A stretch of DNA of 64,000 nt from Laetmonice hystrix. Lineage: Eukaryota. Below are positions 13,083 to 26,100 of this stretch, piece after piece. The DNA lies in the NCBI GenBank assembly GCA_965235115.1, contig OZ249447.1, positions 26,660,001-26,724,000 of the forward strand. The letters are read 5' to 3'. A program made the translations under genes and the position numbers. The notes beneath the pieces were generated by a model. That model saw only the letters and a program-made list of their open reading frames with translations, searched no databases and was not told the origin of the DNA. The stretch's first letter is position 1, and the number at the start of each line of letters is the position of its first letter.

Positions 13083-16000
13083 TCCTCTTCCCCTAGAAAC
13101 TCCGTGCCATTCTTATCACCGAATTCCACCATAAGTTTGAACAGAAGAAGAAACCAGACAGACTTGGCGTCTATGCTTTCTAAAATATTGAATGCCGTTT
13201 GCTTGGCTACCACTTAAGTTTGAATACAAGGATTGTCGGTTTCGCTTGACACGCTGCTTTCTATTGACTTTGATTTACACAAAGCGTAAGTCAGCGGCCT
13301 CTGAGAGATTATGCTTTGGGCGCCTGCTTCCATCGTTCCTTTTGGGTGCAGGTTCTTTGATGGCGGGAGAAACGTAAATAAACTGCATGGGTTCAAGAAC
13401 CTTGCGGAATTTCATAAAAAGTGACAAATGCTGCTCTCGCCCTTCCTGCTAATATGGTCACATAAGATGATAATAACTGGATCTGCCGAGACAGAGGTTC
13501 TGTAGTCACGTTATTCACTATAGTTTATGCAGCGGACTACCAGCGTGGCCAATATGGCAAACGTTTTCTTTCAGTTGTGTGCATACATGTTTGCACAAAC
13601 AATACATCAAAAGACCCAGCCAAGTGAGCCTAAAGTGAAAATATTGAAAATAGCCTATATTAGCCTGCATACATTGTCTTGCACAAATGGATGGATGCAT
13701 ATTTTTTTAAGCGATGTATGGGCATCTTCTGTGTAAAAGACACGAAATTATTAAATGTTGTACCCTGGTACATGTTTCCTATGATGACTTTCTGTCCCTT
13801 TCAAGCCCCCCCCCCCTTCTTTCTTCTGTTTCATCCTAAGTTTTTACAATGTTTGAAGAGACTCGCCCTATGACCCCCTTCGGAAGAAAGCTCAAGCATT
13901 CCATTTATCCTCCTCTCTGGTTTCTATGGAAACACCTCCCTCAAATGAGCTTTTGATGAGACTTTACGTCACAAGGATTTGGGGAAAGGACAAAGCTAGC
14001 CGAACAAATATCTGTTCGTACGAGAAGGACGACGGTCATTAGAATTGACCACACACCCACAAAATCGCTTGACACGCCCGACGCTGCTCGGGGTTTCTCA
14101 ATAAAAGATAGAAGAATGCGCATATTGCCGCTAAAAACTGTCAGAAAGATTTGGTTTTGTGTTGGACCACAAACGTTTAAAAAACTTGAAAATCGCTTTC
14201 ACTGGAAAGAAAATCCTCCACCAAAAGGTTAAACTGCCTTCATCACCTCCTAAAACAGAAAATCTGAAAAAAAAGTCGTTCGTTCTTCCGTTGTTGGTCA
14301 TAAAAACTTAAAAGGTTGAAATTTCTGCCAATGGGGAAAGATGGAGTGACCGCAGCCTGCAAACATTGCATGCTATCTCGCACAGAGCGTGGTATTCCAT
14401 GCTGAGACATGCTCTGTATGTCATATTGTACACCATGCACACACCCCATGTTTATTGTTACACCTCATACGTTTCGTTTTGTTCCCATGGACACAACGTC
14501 CTTCACGTCTAACGTATATGTTTCAGCACGTCGGGGTTGCTTTGTCGACTATACATAATAGAATCAGAATGCTTTAAGTGTGGCTTGTGACAATTTACGA
14601 CGACCTTAGTGTTTGTCCGTGGCGGGCCGTCCTTTTCTGCTCTCATGGGGATAGAGGCATGTTTTTGTTTCATGTTTCGTGTTATTGCTTATGACAAGGC
14701 CTCGGCATGTTGTTTCATAGTCATATCAACGTCGACGAAGTTATTCGGAGGTCAGCGAGGGCATCGAAAACGTCGGTGAAAATGGTGCTCCGTTCGCAAT
14801 GTTTCTGTTCTCTCTATGATGTCGGTCCGTGTGCCTTGGAAACAAGTGTGTAAACATGACCAGCACTGGCAAAATACAATCTAACGCTCCCAGCCATCGC
14901 CCAACTATTTGCTTTACAAAATAAAATGCCAGGCCTATGCCTTTTGCAGTCGCGGATCCAGGAGATGGTCGTGACCCCCCCTGCTCTCAGCCATTTTATA
15001 TAGGCCTATGACAGGTGGTCAATTTTATCAATTCAATTTTGACCAAAAGGTCGGCACCAAAAGCTGTTCAGTTGGATGCTGAGAAGCCCGGGGAAAAAAC
15101 GATTATGGCCTTTTATATTCCCAAAGAATTTCAGTCAGAGGGCTCCCCCTTTAGGGAGGCTAAATGAATTTCCTATTGCTGTATATTGTTAAGAGTTATA
15201 GGATGGATATACAGACCTATAAGACTGGTCACGGTGGAGCTCACCGCCCCATCTGCCCCAATGCGAGCTTGAAGAGTGTCAGTATGGTGTGAGTTTTATA
15301 CACCAGAGGGCGTGGCAGTTAGTCTGTGCAGGCAGTGGTTGCGCGGGGGAGAGCGGCGCAGAGATCGTCGAGAGCGCATGTTGACCAGGGCAGAATTGCA
15401 CCTATGCACCTGTATATATATGCGTATATAGTAAAGTTTTGTGGATTGGCTGGTCGACAAGCTTTTTCTAAATGTCATTTTGACGGTGTACCCCTTGACC
15501 TTGGGTCTACGCATGTGATAGCCTACGGTCCACAATGCCCAGAAGCTTTGCTAATCATAGACCCGGGGAATATAGGCTCAGTTATAGGCCAGAGATGGGC
15601 CTCTATATATGCAGCCATTATAAATCGGGTATAGGCCTATAGCCTTATAGGCAGAACTTGTCTATACCAGCCACTCCCTTGTTCTGCGTTTTGTAAGATT
15701 ATTAGGTCTGCGTTTTGGAAGATAATTTTGAGTTTTGTAAGATTATTACTCCTATAGGCCTGCACTGTTCCTCCGACAGCAATGCGGCCGGCAATGCCTA
15801 GGCCTATAGGCCTATATAGGCCTACTAACAGATCCTCATGGTCTTTTTGTAATGTGCACCTTATTTGCTGTATCTCACGTCTGATAGGGTATTGCAGACT
15901 GTAAGGAAAGCCCATTTACAAACAGTAAGAATTAATGTGAAGTTAAGATTGTATAGATCTAACATTGGCACCACGTAGGCCTATACAATCCCGTCTGGAA

Positions 16001-16699
16001 GACTTAGGTCGTAGAATATCCGCGCCGGGAACGGAAGAAATAATTCGCCCTAAGTTGCTGCTGTCCATTTCCATTACGAAGTCTAAACTTCTGAAAGAAA
16101 TCAAACGCACGCCCATCTATCACTGCAATAAACAATTCCAACCGTCCGCAGAAATAAAACGAACCACGGAGAGACTTTGAGGAAGAAAGACCCAGATGAC
16201 GGAGGGAGAGGAATGAATAATGAGTATCCAACTCCATAGAGGCCGATACCTCTTCGGCGCTTCGCCACCCAAAGCCTCTGAGGAGTCGATGTCACGGAGC
16301 TCAGGCGGAATTACGAGTCTGCAAATGCCACCCCAAATGATACATCTGGCGCGGCGTAATTTGTCACGAGGACTCCTCTACAAATGGTGGATGATATCGA
16401 CAACAAATACATAGACATTTTGTGCAGGGTGGGAATTTGCCGCAATTGAAATGCATTGGCTGAAGCCACATCAAATAAACTTTCCTCCCTGCTGACATTT
16501 CATTTCTCGTTGAAACAAAAATACCGAGACGTTCCTTAGCGTCTGCAATCACAAAGAAACAGTTGCTGGAGATCATTTGATTCGTGGGGCAAAATCCTAT
16601 GCCCAAAAGGTTTACGAATACGGACTTCAGAGTGACAGATCACTCAAATAATGGTGCAGCAATGCGATTGCTGGCCGCAAATCCCTGGGTGTTAATTTA

Positions 16700-16730
16700 T
16701 GGGCCACGTGACTACCGCGGGCCAATCAGC
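16700..16730 (+). promoter_or_regulatory. Candidate LRIG proximal promoter: E-box CACGTG (16705) next to CCAAT box (16722)
   Basis: Both motifs sit in a CpG-rich tract about 280 nt upstream of the ATG; the TSS is not determined. Confidence 0.45.
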
Positions 16731-16995
16731 GGCCTTCGCAGTGCTTTGAGGAATGTATTCACACTGAAAACGTGGGTGTCGTGGTGCACACTTGGGTGGT
16801 GGATACGGTCTCAGTTTACTCGTGATCGGACATACTCATGTAATGGATAGCGTACCGTAAGGTTGTGCGGGACATCCTGAAACTTCGGACAAGTATCTAC
16901 AATGATGAAGAGAGGATTATTTTGGCGGTGAAAGCCAAGCAGCGGCGAGTTAGCGGACGGTGCCCTGCGAGAGGGGCCTCCGGTCCCGAGCCAAC

Positions 16996-17180
16996 ATGGC
17001 TGCCGTGTTGTTGTATTTCTATGCAGCTTTTGTTGTGCTTGCCGGATTTCTGTTCACGACATCTCGATGTGCAAACTATCGGTGCCCTACACAGTGCTCA
17101 TGTTTAGGATCTATGGTCGACTGTAGCAAGCGGGGACTGTCGGAAATACCGGCAGACTTGCCCCATTGGGTCGAGATCTT
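16996..17180 (+). CDS. LRIG: LRIG exon 1: signal peptide + LRRNT ([62 protein letters not shown])
   Basis: ATG in ccaacATGG context; in-frame TAG upstream at 16951; hydrophobic leader; CPxxCxC..VDC cap; donor TT|GTAAGT. Confidence 0.95.
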
Positions 17181-20100
17181 GTAAGTACACATCCCTACTC
17201 GTAGACCTAGTCTTGACGGCAGGCCCCGCGAGGGAGCACCGCCTGAAACCGAGCTCCAGCGGCGAGCGACTTAGCCTAAAACTGGTGTCTATCTCGTATG
17301 GTTCCTGACAAGCAATATAGTCAAAACTGAGATTGTGGACAGTTACAACTGCTGTTAATGTATGACTACTTTTATTTTGTTAAAAGTCGGCATTGTTTCG
17401 ATGTAATCCTTGTGTCTGTAGTCTAGTGGCCATGAATAATTAATGCCCAGTGAGCGAGTGCTGCTGCCCAATTTCATTCGAAAACATGACCCAGAAAAAA
17501 GTCTACCCCAAGTTCCGAAGCCAGCACATTGATTTAGGGGCCTGATTTAGACTGGGGGGTTGCCCAGACCGGGGAAACGTTAAAGTTGGGCAGGGATGTG
17601 TTTGGGATTAGGGAGACAGAGTGAAGAATTAGTGGGAGCCGCCTCTGTCGTACAAGTTGGCAAGAAAGCTAGTGGGGGTCGGAGGAACGCGTGAAAAGGT
17701 CATGGACAGCCTGTGTATCCCGCGCCCTGTAAACACGCAGCAACTCTCCGCTTGCCAGTCGTCGACAAATATGCCAATTTGTGCAGCCGGCGAAGCATAG
17801 GCCGGCTCCCTTAAAAACCACGTTAGGAACTTTTGGTGTACCGTACTTTTATAAAGGGTCTACTCTAACGACACAATGTATCCTTTCATGCTACATTGAT
17901 GCAATGCTGTTGCGATTTTGAGCCGGTTGATCAAAGGGTTGTGATCAGAGTTATATTGTATTATTGAAATACAAATGTATGTCAAAATGTAACTTTTTGT
18001 AGCTTTGATTTACAGAAAGCTATTAAAAGGTCTTAAAGGTTTAATATTGCTGTATGATACTGCAAAATTATGAGAGTTGAAAAAGGCGGACAGCTGTGCT
18101 GGTGACCTTGTTTCTGGGGGTTGATTTGCGGTATTTGTGGCTTCTGGAACCCTGTAAAAATCGGCCAGATCTAGGGTAAAGATAAGGCCAAATTGGCAGT
18201 AATCGGTTTGTGATAGTAATTAGGAGAGGTGTTGGGTTCAGACAAGGAGCAAATGTCAAAACTGACAAAAGGCCTACATCTCGAGAACTGTGAGTAAGTT
18301 GTAGGGGAAGTTGGCAGCAAGTTGTGTGAAATGGGGGGGATGTGTGAAACTGTGAGTAAGTTGTATAGGAAGTTGGCAACAAGCTGTGTGAAATGGGGGG
18401 AATGTGTGAAACTGTGAGTAAGTTGTAGGGGAAGTTGGTAACTAGCTATGTCAAATGGAGGATGTGCGAAACTGTGAGCAACTCTGGATGCTGTGAGTAA
18501 CTTGGGGATGTCTTTGTCACAGGTCTGTGGCAGGTTTGCAACATGTTATGTAATTTTGACAGGGACACACACATATATTTTTTAAACAAACTAGTTTTTT
18601 TTTTGGCAGGGGGCCGTTATTAGTGCTTTATCTTCTAATTGAGAAGAAGGTAGTCTGATAGTGTCAATCTGATGCCTGTTTGGGGCTTGCCTATCATGGC
18701 TTCACAGAAAAAGGAAAATGAGGGATATCCTTATGGCAGGGATGCACCGTACTAAAGGGACAAGTGTATGGGAAGCCTGTGATTTTTTTTTGTCTTGGTG
18801 AAACCCACATTTCAGCCTGAGGATAAGAAGGGTGACAGACTATGGCACAACATCTCAGTCGTGGAGAGTTGTCTTAGCTGCAGGTTGGCCCCCAGTATGC
18901 TTACTTTGAGCAGGCTAGCTGGGGTCCACCCTAGCCCTGTGGCACATGGGCAGCACCTAAAGAAAACAGACTAGGAAAACAGGGTGTGAACAGAACCAGG
19001 AAGGGAATGGGAAGGTACATGTATAAATTGGGATGTGTAGTCATGATTCGAATTCGACATTTCATTCCACATTTCCTACCATGTACAAATTTGACAAGTG
19101 CTCTGAGCTTCAGAGTGTCTTGACATGTTTGAAGAATGTAATAAAACAGACTTTATATGTATAGAACCACTTGTTTGAAAATGCTGCTGATCAGCTGCTA
19201 ACCAGATGTATCCTGCTTTCCTCTGTTTCAGAGAACTACAGTCAAATGAGCTGAACACAATCCCAGATAATGCATTCGTAGGGCTGGATCAACTACAACA
19301 ACTGTAAGTTATCAACACATTATTATTCAAAATTTAATTTACAGTTATTGAAAAATATTTTTGCAGAAAACTATAACAAATGCCATTATTTTTGGCAGAC
19401 AAGCCCAGGGGAAGGAAAGAAAAAGTGAAAGTTGTTCACAGATAAGACAATCAATCTCTGGAATTGAGGTCAAAGTGGTTGTAAAGTACATGTATAAGAA
19501 GTTTGGTGTGTGACTTTTTATAATTGTTGTATTAAAACGATGAATGGTATGGGAAAATATTCAAATAATGTAGAATTTACTTTTGGTACATAGATGAATC
19601 TGATGCATCAATGTATAAAATCTCCCAGAACTGATGGCATATCATGAATATTGTAATGTGGCATAATATACCATATAAATGACAGTTTTGACAGAGATGT
19701 CAGGTTTTGCTTGCCTTGCCGAAAGTTCGTCATATATTGTAATTGATATTAACTCGAACTATTCTTGTATATATAGTGATTAATGTAAGTGATCATGCAA
19801 GGGTTCAGTCAGGTCCTTCTGAGGTACAATCAATCATTCTTAGCCATGAGCATTGCCACGGCAGTAGTAGAAGGTTGCAAATGTATGCAGCAGACAGATC
19901 TTTTCACGTGGCTGTGGGGTGCCGGGCCTGTGCTGGGAGAGGGACCGGCCTGTCTTGCTTACATTAGGGCCAGGAGGGGGCCCAGGAGAGACTCCAAGGG
20001 GGGCTAGGGGGCCGTGTTTTCATAGCTGAGTCGGATCCAACAATTGGAGGCTGGGTGCTGGCAGATCGATCCCGTATGTTGCTGGCTTGGCTTCAGTGTG

Positions 20101-23100
20101 CAGTCAGAGTCCGTGGCTTCTGAAGGCACCTCAGAATTAATACCTCCAGTGGGCAGTCTCTTCTGTAACGAGCATCTATCAGTTGGGCTGGACTGAAGAG
20201 CCTTTAGATCCTCAGTTTTTTTGATTGGAAGTTAAGCAGACTGCAAACATCTGGTTCATGTCTGAAGCTGAAACTGCAGCAGAGGGTAGAGATCAAGAGG
20301 AAAGAGCTACGCCCTTTGGTGCCAGAGGTGTCCTGGATGGAAGCTCTTGAGCTCTCTGCTACTTGACTACAGAGCTTTTCTTTAGACGTGAAGGCAGTGG
20401 AAGACCTACAGGGATGGATAGGCTGAACAGGCCACCCTGAGGCCTCTGCCCAGGAGCAGAAAATGGTGGTGAAATTAACGAGATGCTGTTGACAGTTAGC
20501 AAGTGAAAGCACTCTGTGGGCACATCCCTCATCGTTGGTGACATGAGCACTTAGCCTCGGCAAGATAAACAGTGCAGCTTCAACAGTCAGTTTGTAGGGA
20601 TGGAGCACACTGGAAGATACAAAAATAAGGACTTTGTATATTGGGTGAAGTTGGGGTGGTCGTAGGACATCTTCTGTAATGATTACACCACTTGACCCAC
20701 TGCATGTTCAACTAGAGAAATTTGAGGACACATTGAAGGTTGATCTGCTATGTAGCCCAGCAAAGAGGGCAGATTCATACGAATAACTATCATTTAGTGC
20801 CATTCCAAACAAACCTGAATATCTGACATTTTAATTACTTGCAGAAAACAATGTGGATATCGTAGAATTATCCAGACAATTATGGATATTATAATTGCTC
20901 TCGTGAAAATTCAGGCAATCTAAAGATATTTGTACTGCATGTACACGTATGGTTGTGTAATACTTAAAGGGCATGTTAAGAGTTTACGGGGAGTGTAGTG
21001 AGTAAGGTCTGAATGCCGGTTTCTGTCAAGTACGTTCAGTATACATGTGGTCTAGGTCCAATTAGGGATACATGAGGGGTTCCCACAGATAAAGGGGAGA
21101 CTCCCCAAATAATGTTCCCCACTCAGGTGAGGTATTTCTCCAGCCTTGGCACCTTCACGTTCCCATGTCTAAGAGCACTTTAAGGTCTTGAGCTTCATTA
21201 GCAGTTGTCAAGGTGACACTTCCCATGTGAAGTGGACCTTGTATTATCCAGCCACTTCCCTTCCAAAGACTTGTTGTGGGACACAACACGAGGCCCGGTC
21301 CCCCCTGCTGATGAGCTCGGCGTATCAGAGTGCACCCAGCTTTTACTCACTGCGAGCTCATTAAAAGGAACTGGACAAAAGCACTCTGGTACTTTAGAGT
21401 TTTCAACCACATCGACTGGCCAGTACAGTGTAGGAATTTGTCCGGAGGTGCTGCTTCACATGCACTTTGAACTCAAAATATCTTGAAAGCCTGTGAACGA
21501 CCCAACGGTTCTTTCTTGAAAGATACTTGGGAAAGGTCATTTCTGGTTTGAATGTACCGAATCTGTTGTCCATTCTGTAGCCTTAATCTATTCACATACC
21601 TGGACAGCTGGAATGATTTATAGCTCATACAAATTGACTTTACTGAAATTACACATGTCTAGGTAATGAGTCAACAGTTAAATTACCCAGGTACCTTATT
21701 CATTAAGTCTAATAATTTTTTATTTTTTTTAATTTTAGGAATGTTAGAATGTAAACCTTTTTTACGAGTGCAAAAATATGACAATTCCTGTCGAAAATAT
21801 GTCTCTCAGTCTCAGTTGGTGGTAGTATTAACTTAAGGTTACAGTTTTTAAATTTAGGAAACAGCAAAATTTAAAGACTGCAAAGTAAAAACTTTTAGAT
21901 CAGTCTTTGTGAATTGACGCACTATATTCCTATAAAAAGATATAAAAATTTCAAGGCGAATTGAACAATACATGCGGGCTTTGTGCCATACCAGCTAATG
22001 GGCCTCTGACATGAAGATCTTGACTGCAGCAGCTTAGCTTCCATGGGTTCAGTTTACCCAGGGACTTTGGTAGCCATGTGTCACTTTTCCCACTCGGACT
22101 CCACTGCTTCCATCCCCTAGTAGAAATACCCACTCCTGAAACTGGGAAAAGATCTGCCCTTGGCATTAATTTCGGTGGGACTTTTTGATAAGGCGTGGTT
22201 CAGGCTGAAACCCGGGTATTGTGGCATTGTGAAGTCTCTGAAGTCAGTGTTGTTGACAACGGACCAATAGCTGTCAATTGCAGGCCAAGTACAGGACCAA
22301 TCGCGGCCTTATCAGTGCAGTGTCTAGCACCTATCGAGACGACGGCCTGCGTTCAAGTACTGGCCTACTTGGGTCAGACTGGAAGCTACTGGTCGTCATA
22401 GTTTATAAGTGGATTGGTGGAATACAGATTAACCAAAACGTCAGTGTAGGATTATGGAGATTGGGCAGGCGCTACGGTATCAGGATTTTGAAGAGATAAC
22501 ATTGGAAGAAGATGACACTCATGTGTCATGGTTATTGTAGTGGCTGCATGTGTAGCGATTGGCGAGGGGAGCAGGCCATGGCCACATGTGCTCCCATACT
22601 GTGCTCTATGGAAGAGGGATCCACAAAATCTGTTTCAGATTCCAGATGCTAGTATGAGGTAGAGGACATCATGAACGAAAGAAATGAATCTAATTCTGCA
22701 TAGAACATAAACATGGAAGAAAAAGTCATGAAATCATGGTTTAACTATAAGTTTTTTGGTGGTTGGAAAGATTTGTTAATGGGTTGGTGGGTAAGGTCTT
22801 GATGAATTGCCTGCAGATTGCTAGTTTATGACCAGGTCGAGGGAGCTTGGAAACCAAATGGTTGCAATGGGACAAATACAAAAAGTACCACCGTCAGACT
22901 CCAGACAAATTAGACAGGGTTTTTTTTCGGGACAGGCAACAATTTATTTTTATATGGGTCACACTGTATAATTAGGTCAGAGGGTTCAGCGACAGACAGC
23001 ACTGAGGGAACATGCACTGGGTACAGCCTTGCAGTGACTGTATATGTTACTTAGACATGTAAGGCAGCCTGACGGATGTATGGAGTGTGTTAACAAAACC

Positions 23101-26100
23101 ATGTGTACTTCTAAATGTTAGTTTGCCCGTGTTGTGTAAGAAATGAAAGATCTGCGAGGTAGACTAGAAAAGAAACCCTCGTTGTAAACTTGAGAGGTTC
23201 CCGTTAAAAAGTTTGGAAAGGTAGATTATTGATGATGGTTAGCTAAGTGCACCGATTTGTTTGGAGTACAATTTGTCAACAGAATTGCGCTGTGGAGTGG
23301 CACTAGTTTAGGGGTTTCAGCAGACAGCAAGTGGCAAGGGCACGTTTGTTGTGAAGTGGGCCATGCTTCAAACTCGTGAGATGGTGTGAGTGGGACAAGA
23401 GGCATGCACCTAGTGCTGCAGCCCCTGGTTAGCCGACCCCCACAACACACTGGAACCTGTACAGTGGGGAAGCCACCAAATGGTAGCTGAGCCAGGGGTT
23501 CTCCAGTTAAAGACTTTTTCTGAACTCTGGCATTCCTTAATTTGGAAGTAGAGAAAGGGAAGGGAAATAAAACGACACAATTAAATGTAACTACCGGTAA
23601 ATATCTCTGCTGTTCGATTCCTTTTATCGTCTGTTTGGAGATTCTCTGCCAAATGAACTTTATGTCTTACCCAACATAAGATAGTAAAAAGATGGGTTTA
23701 GATTACCATCTTTGGATCTGAACCCAAGAAAGTCACTACTTAACAAGATGTAGAAATGACCTTTGTTGGGAGGAACTGTTCCATCCTCGTCCTCGTGGGG
23801 TGATACTGAAGCATGGCATGGTATTGTGGTCCAAGGGCTTTCACATAAATGGTACAACTGACGCATATAATAGGCACTTCATGGACAATTAATCAATCTC
23901 GAATGCTGCTAGTGGTTTTTTTTAAGTCAGCGTGTCTAGTGCAGTGCGTTAGTGTGATCGACAATCAAGATATAATTCTGAAAAAAGGGCTGGCGGTGTG
24001 GAAGTGCCATAATGGTTGATATGTTGCCAACTGGTAAATGGGTGAGCACAGACCGTCCTTCAAACGAGGGTGGAGTTCAAACAAGCCACTTTGTGTGGGG
24101 TTTATTAATCGTAGAGGTACAATGAGCTTGTTCAGTTGTTCAAAATAAAGTCAAGAAATCTTTGTAATGTTTTATGTGATTTTGTAGTAAATGGACTGAT
24201 GTCTTGTGATTGACAACTGTTTAAAACCAAAGCCGTGTCATTTTGACGTGGGAGTAGGCAAGCGTTGGCTGTAATTCTGATATATGGAGAACCTGAAAGA
24301 CCTGGAAATTCTCGTAATTTTTAATGTGTATTACTGGAATGTGGGGGGTGACCTGGTTGAGGGTGTGGTTTGGGGTTGCCCTTATCCCAGTATCTGGCAC
24401 GTATCTATATTATTCTTTGGAAGGAGTCCCATATTATCATTATGCACACACGCACAGATCGAGACACACTGGAAGAGTTGCTGAATGCAATGACTACATT
24501 TGTGGTTTCTATGGTAACGCAAGTGCTTGATGAGAATCTTGCATGTCAGAGAAGGGATGTTGGTGTGTTGGAACTAGAGTGGTGTTGTAGTGGGTCCAGT
24601 TTATCACGGCATGAAATATAGTGTTGGCTTGATGAACAGAACCAGCCTGACGCTTATGTAACTTCAGGCGCTAACATAAACCTTGATATCCCATCGCACG
24701 TTTCATAAATCGGGATCCTAATGATACAAACTGTGGTTAGCACCCATGGGCTGACTGCTAATTTATGGCCTGTCAGCAGAGGCAGCGACCTGAAGGCTAA
24801 CCCACAGGGAAACAAAGGGTTCCACAACGGCCTGCTGGATTCCCACAGTCAGCGGGGCCGCCAGCAGCAGCAGCAACCACAGGCTCAGGGAATGCTCCAA
24901 CATCCAGGGTGTCATGCAATCCGTAGGTTTACTACGATACCTCCCCTGTAGGTCCTTACATTCTAATTAGGTTCCGTCACAGGACTGAATTCAACCACAG
25001 GTGATGATGTGGTGCAGGGAGTTCCCCAAACTCAGAAGTCACCCCTGAGGTCAGAACATCTCATGTGTATAGTGAAAGGGACGTTGAGAAAAAGGCATGG
25101 AATGCAAGGAAACCCTACATAGTACCGTAGTGCTCAAGTCCTCAGTCTGCTGATACAAGCCTCGCTATGAGGTCTCAAGTAGAAATAACTTCCCTGATTT
25201 GCTGAGTACATTGAAGGCTAGAGCGAGGGCTTTGGCATGTTAAACGAGAGCAGCTCTTTATATGCTTCTCTGAAATGGTTGTGGAAATAGCAAGACACAA
25301 CGAATGAACGGGTCTGATTGATGGATAATAATTAACTGACCCCAGTACTCATATCCTCACTGTGTAAAGTGGGAACGATACTACAACATTGACAATGTTT
25401 GTGACATCAGGCTGAAACTGTGTTGATAACACAGACTTGGGATGTCTGTTATCGAAAGAACTCTGTCATGAAGTAGGATTGGTCATGTCGACAGAGCACA
25501 AACAGAATTGTGCCGTATGACAAGAAACAGGATCTGTAGCTGGAGTTGGATTGTGGAGCCGAACTCGGTTCTGGCCCACTGGACTTTTATAGAGCAGCCT
25601 CATGTCGGTTTGTTTTCACAGGTGCGAATTTCCCACTTAGATGGAAGCCAAACACAAACAGGCTAAGGTGAGGCTTTGCCCTCGTTTGCCTGTCTTTTCA
25701 CTCTCTTCATTGGTGTCTTGTTTGCCTTTTAGCGGAGGCTTTGCAGAGACCATGCCCCCTCCCTCCCATTTCTATCAGGGGTACACATAGACTGTGGTCG
25801 GAGCCCAGAAATTGGACAGCGGTTGGGGAGAGCTGATGTTCTGCTCAGTCACAGGAAGTGAAGTATTAAGGCAGGGATGAAATGAAGAAAGCTTCTCAAA
25901 GCCATGCTGTATAGTGTGCTGCAGAGTGTGTGCCGGGGGAAGTGTGAATTCCAAAACCCTGGCCTGGCTATGGGAACTGGTAACCGAAAACCAGTCCTAA
26001 TTTCAAATTAGGCCGCCACACGTTATTTTAAAAAAGGGAACTACTCTTCTAGGTATAACCTTCCAAAAAACAACCGTGCTAAACGAAGAATTGCTGTGGC

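Noticed and set aside
16004-16400. First exon of a divergent gene (e.g. SLC16-type neighbour as in vertebrate LRIG loci)
   Set aside because: No recognisable protein in any frame and no convincing donor; no coding exons identified in 1-16000.
21311-21361. Hairpin ATGAGCTCG...CGAGCTCAT considered as SECIS, snoRNA, pre-miRNA or ribozyme
   Set aside because: Only 9 bp of good stem, poor interior pairing, no hammerhead GAAA, and SECIS helix II does not form.
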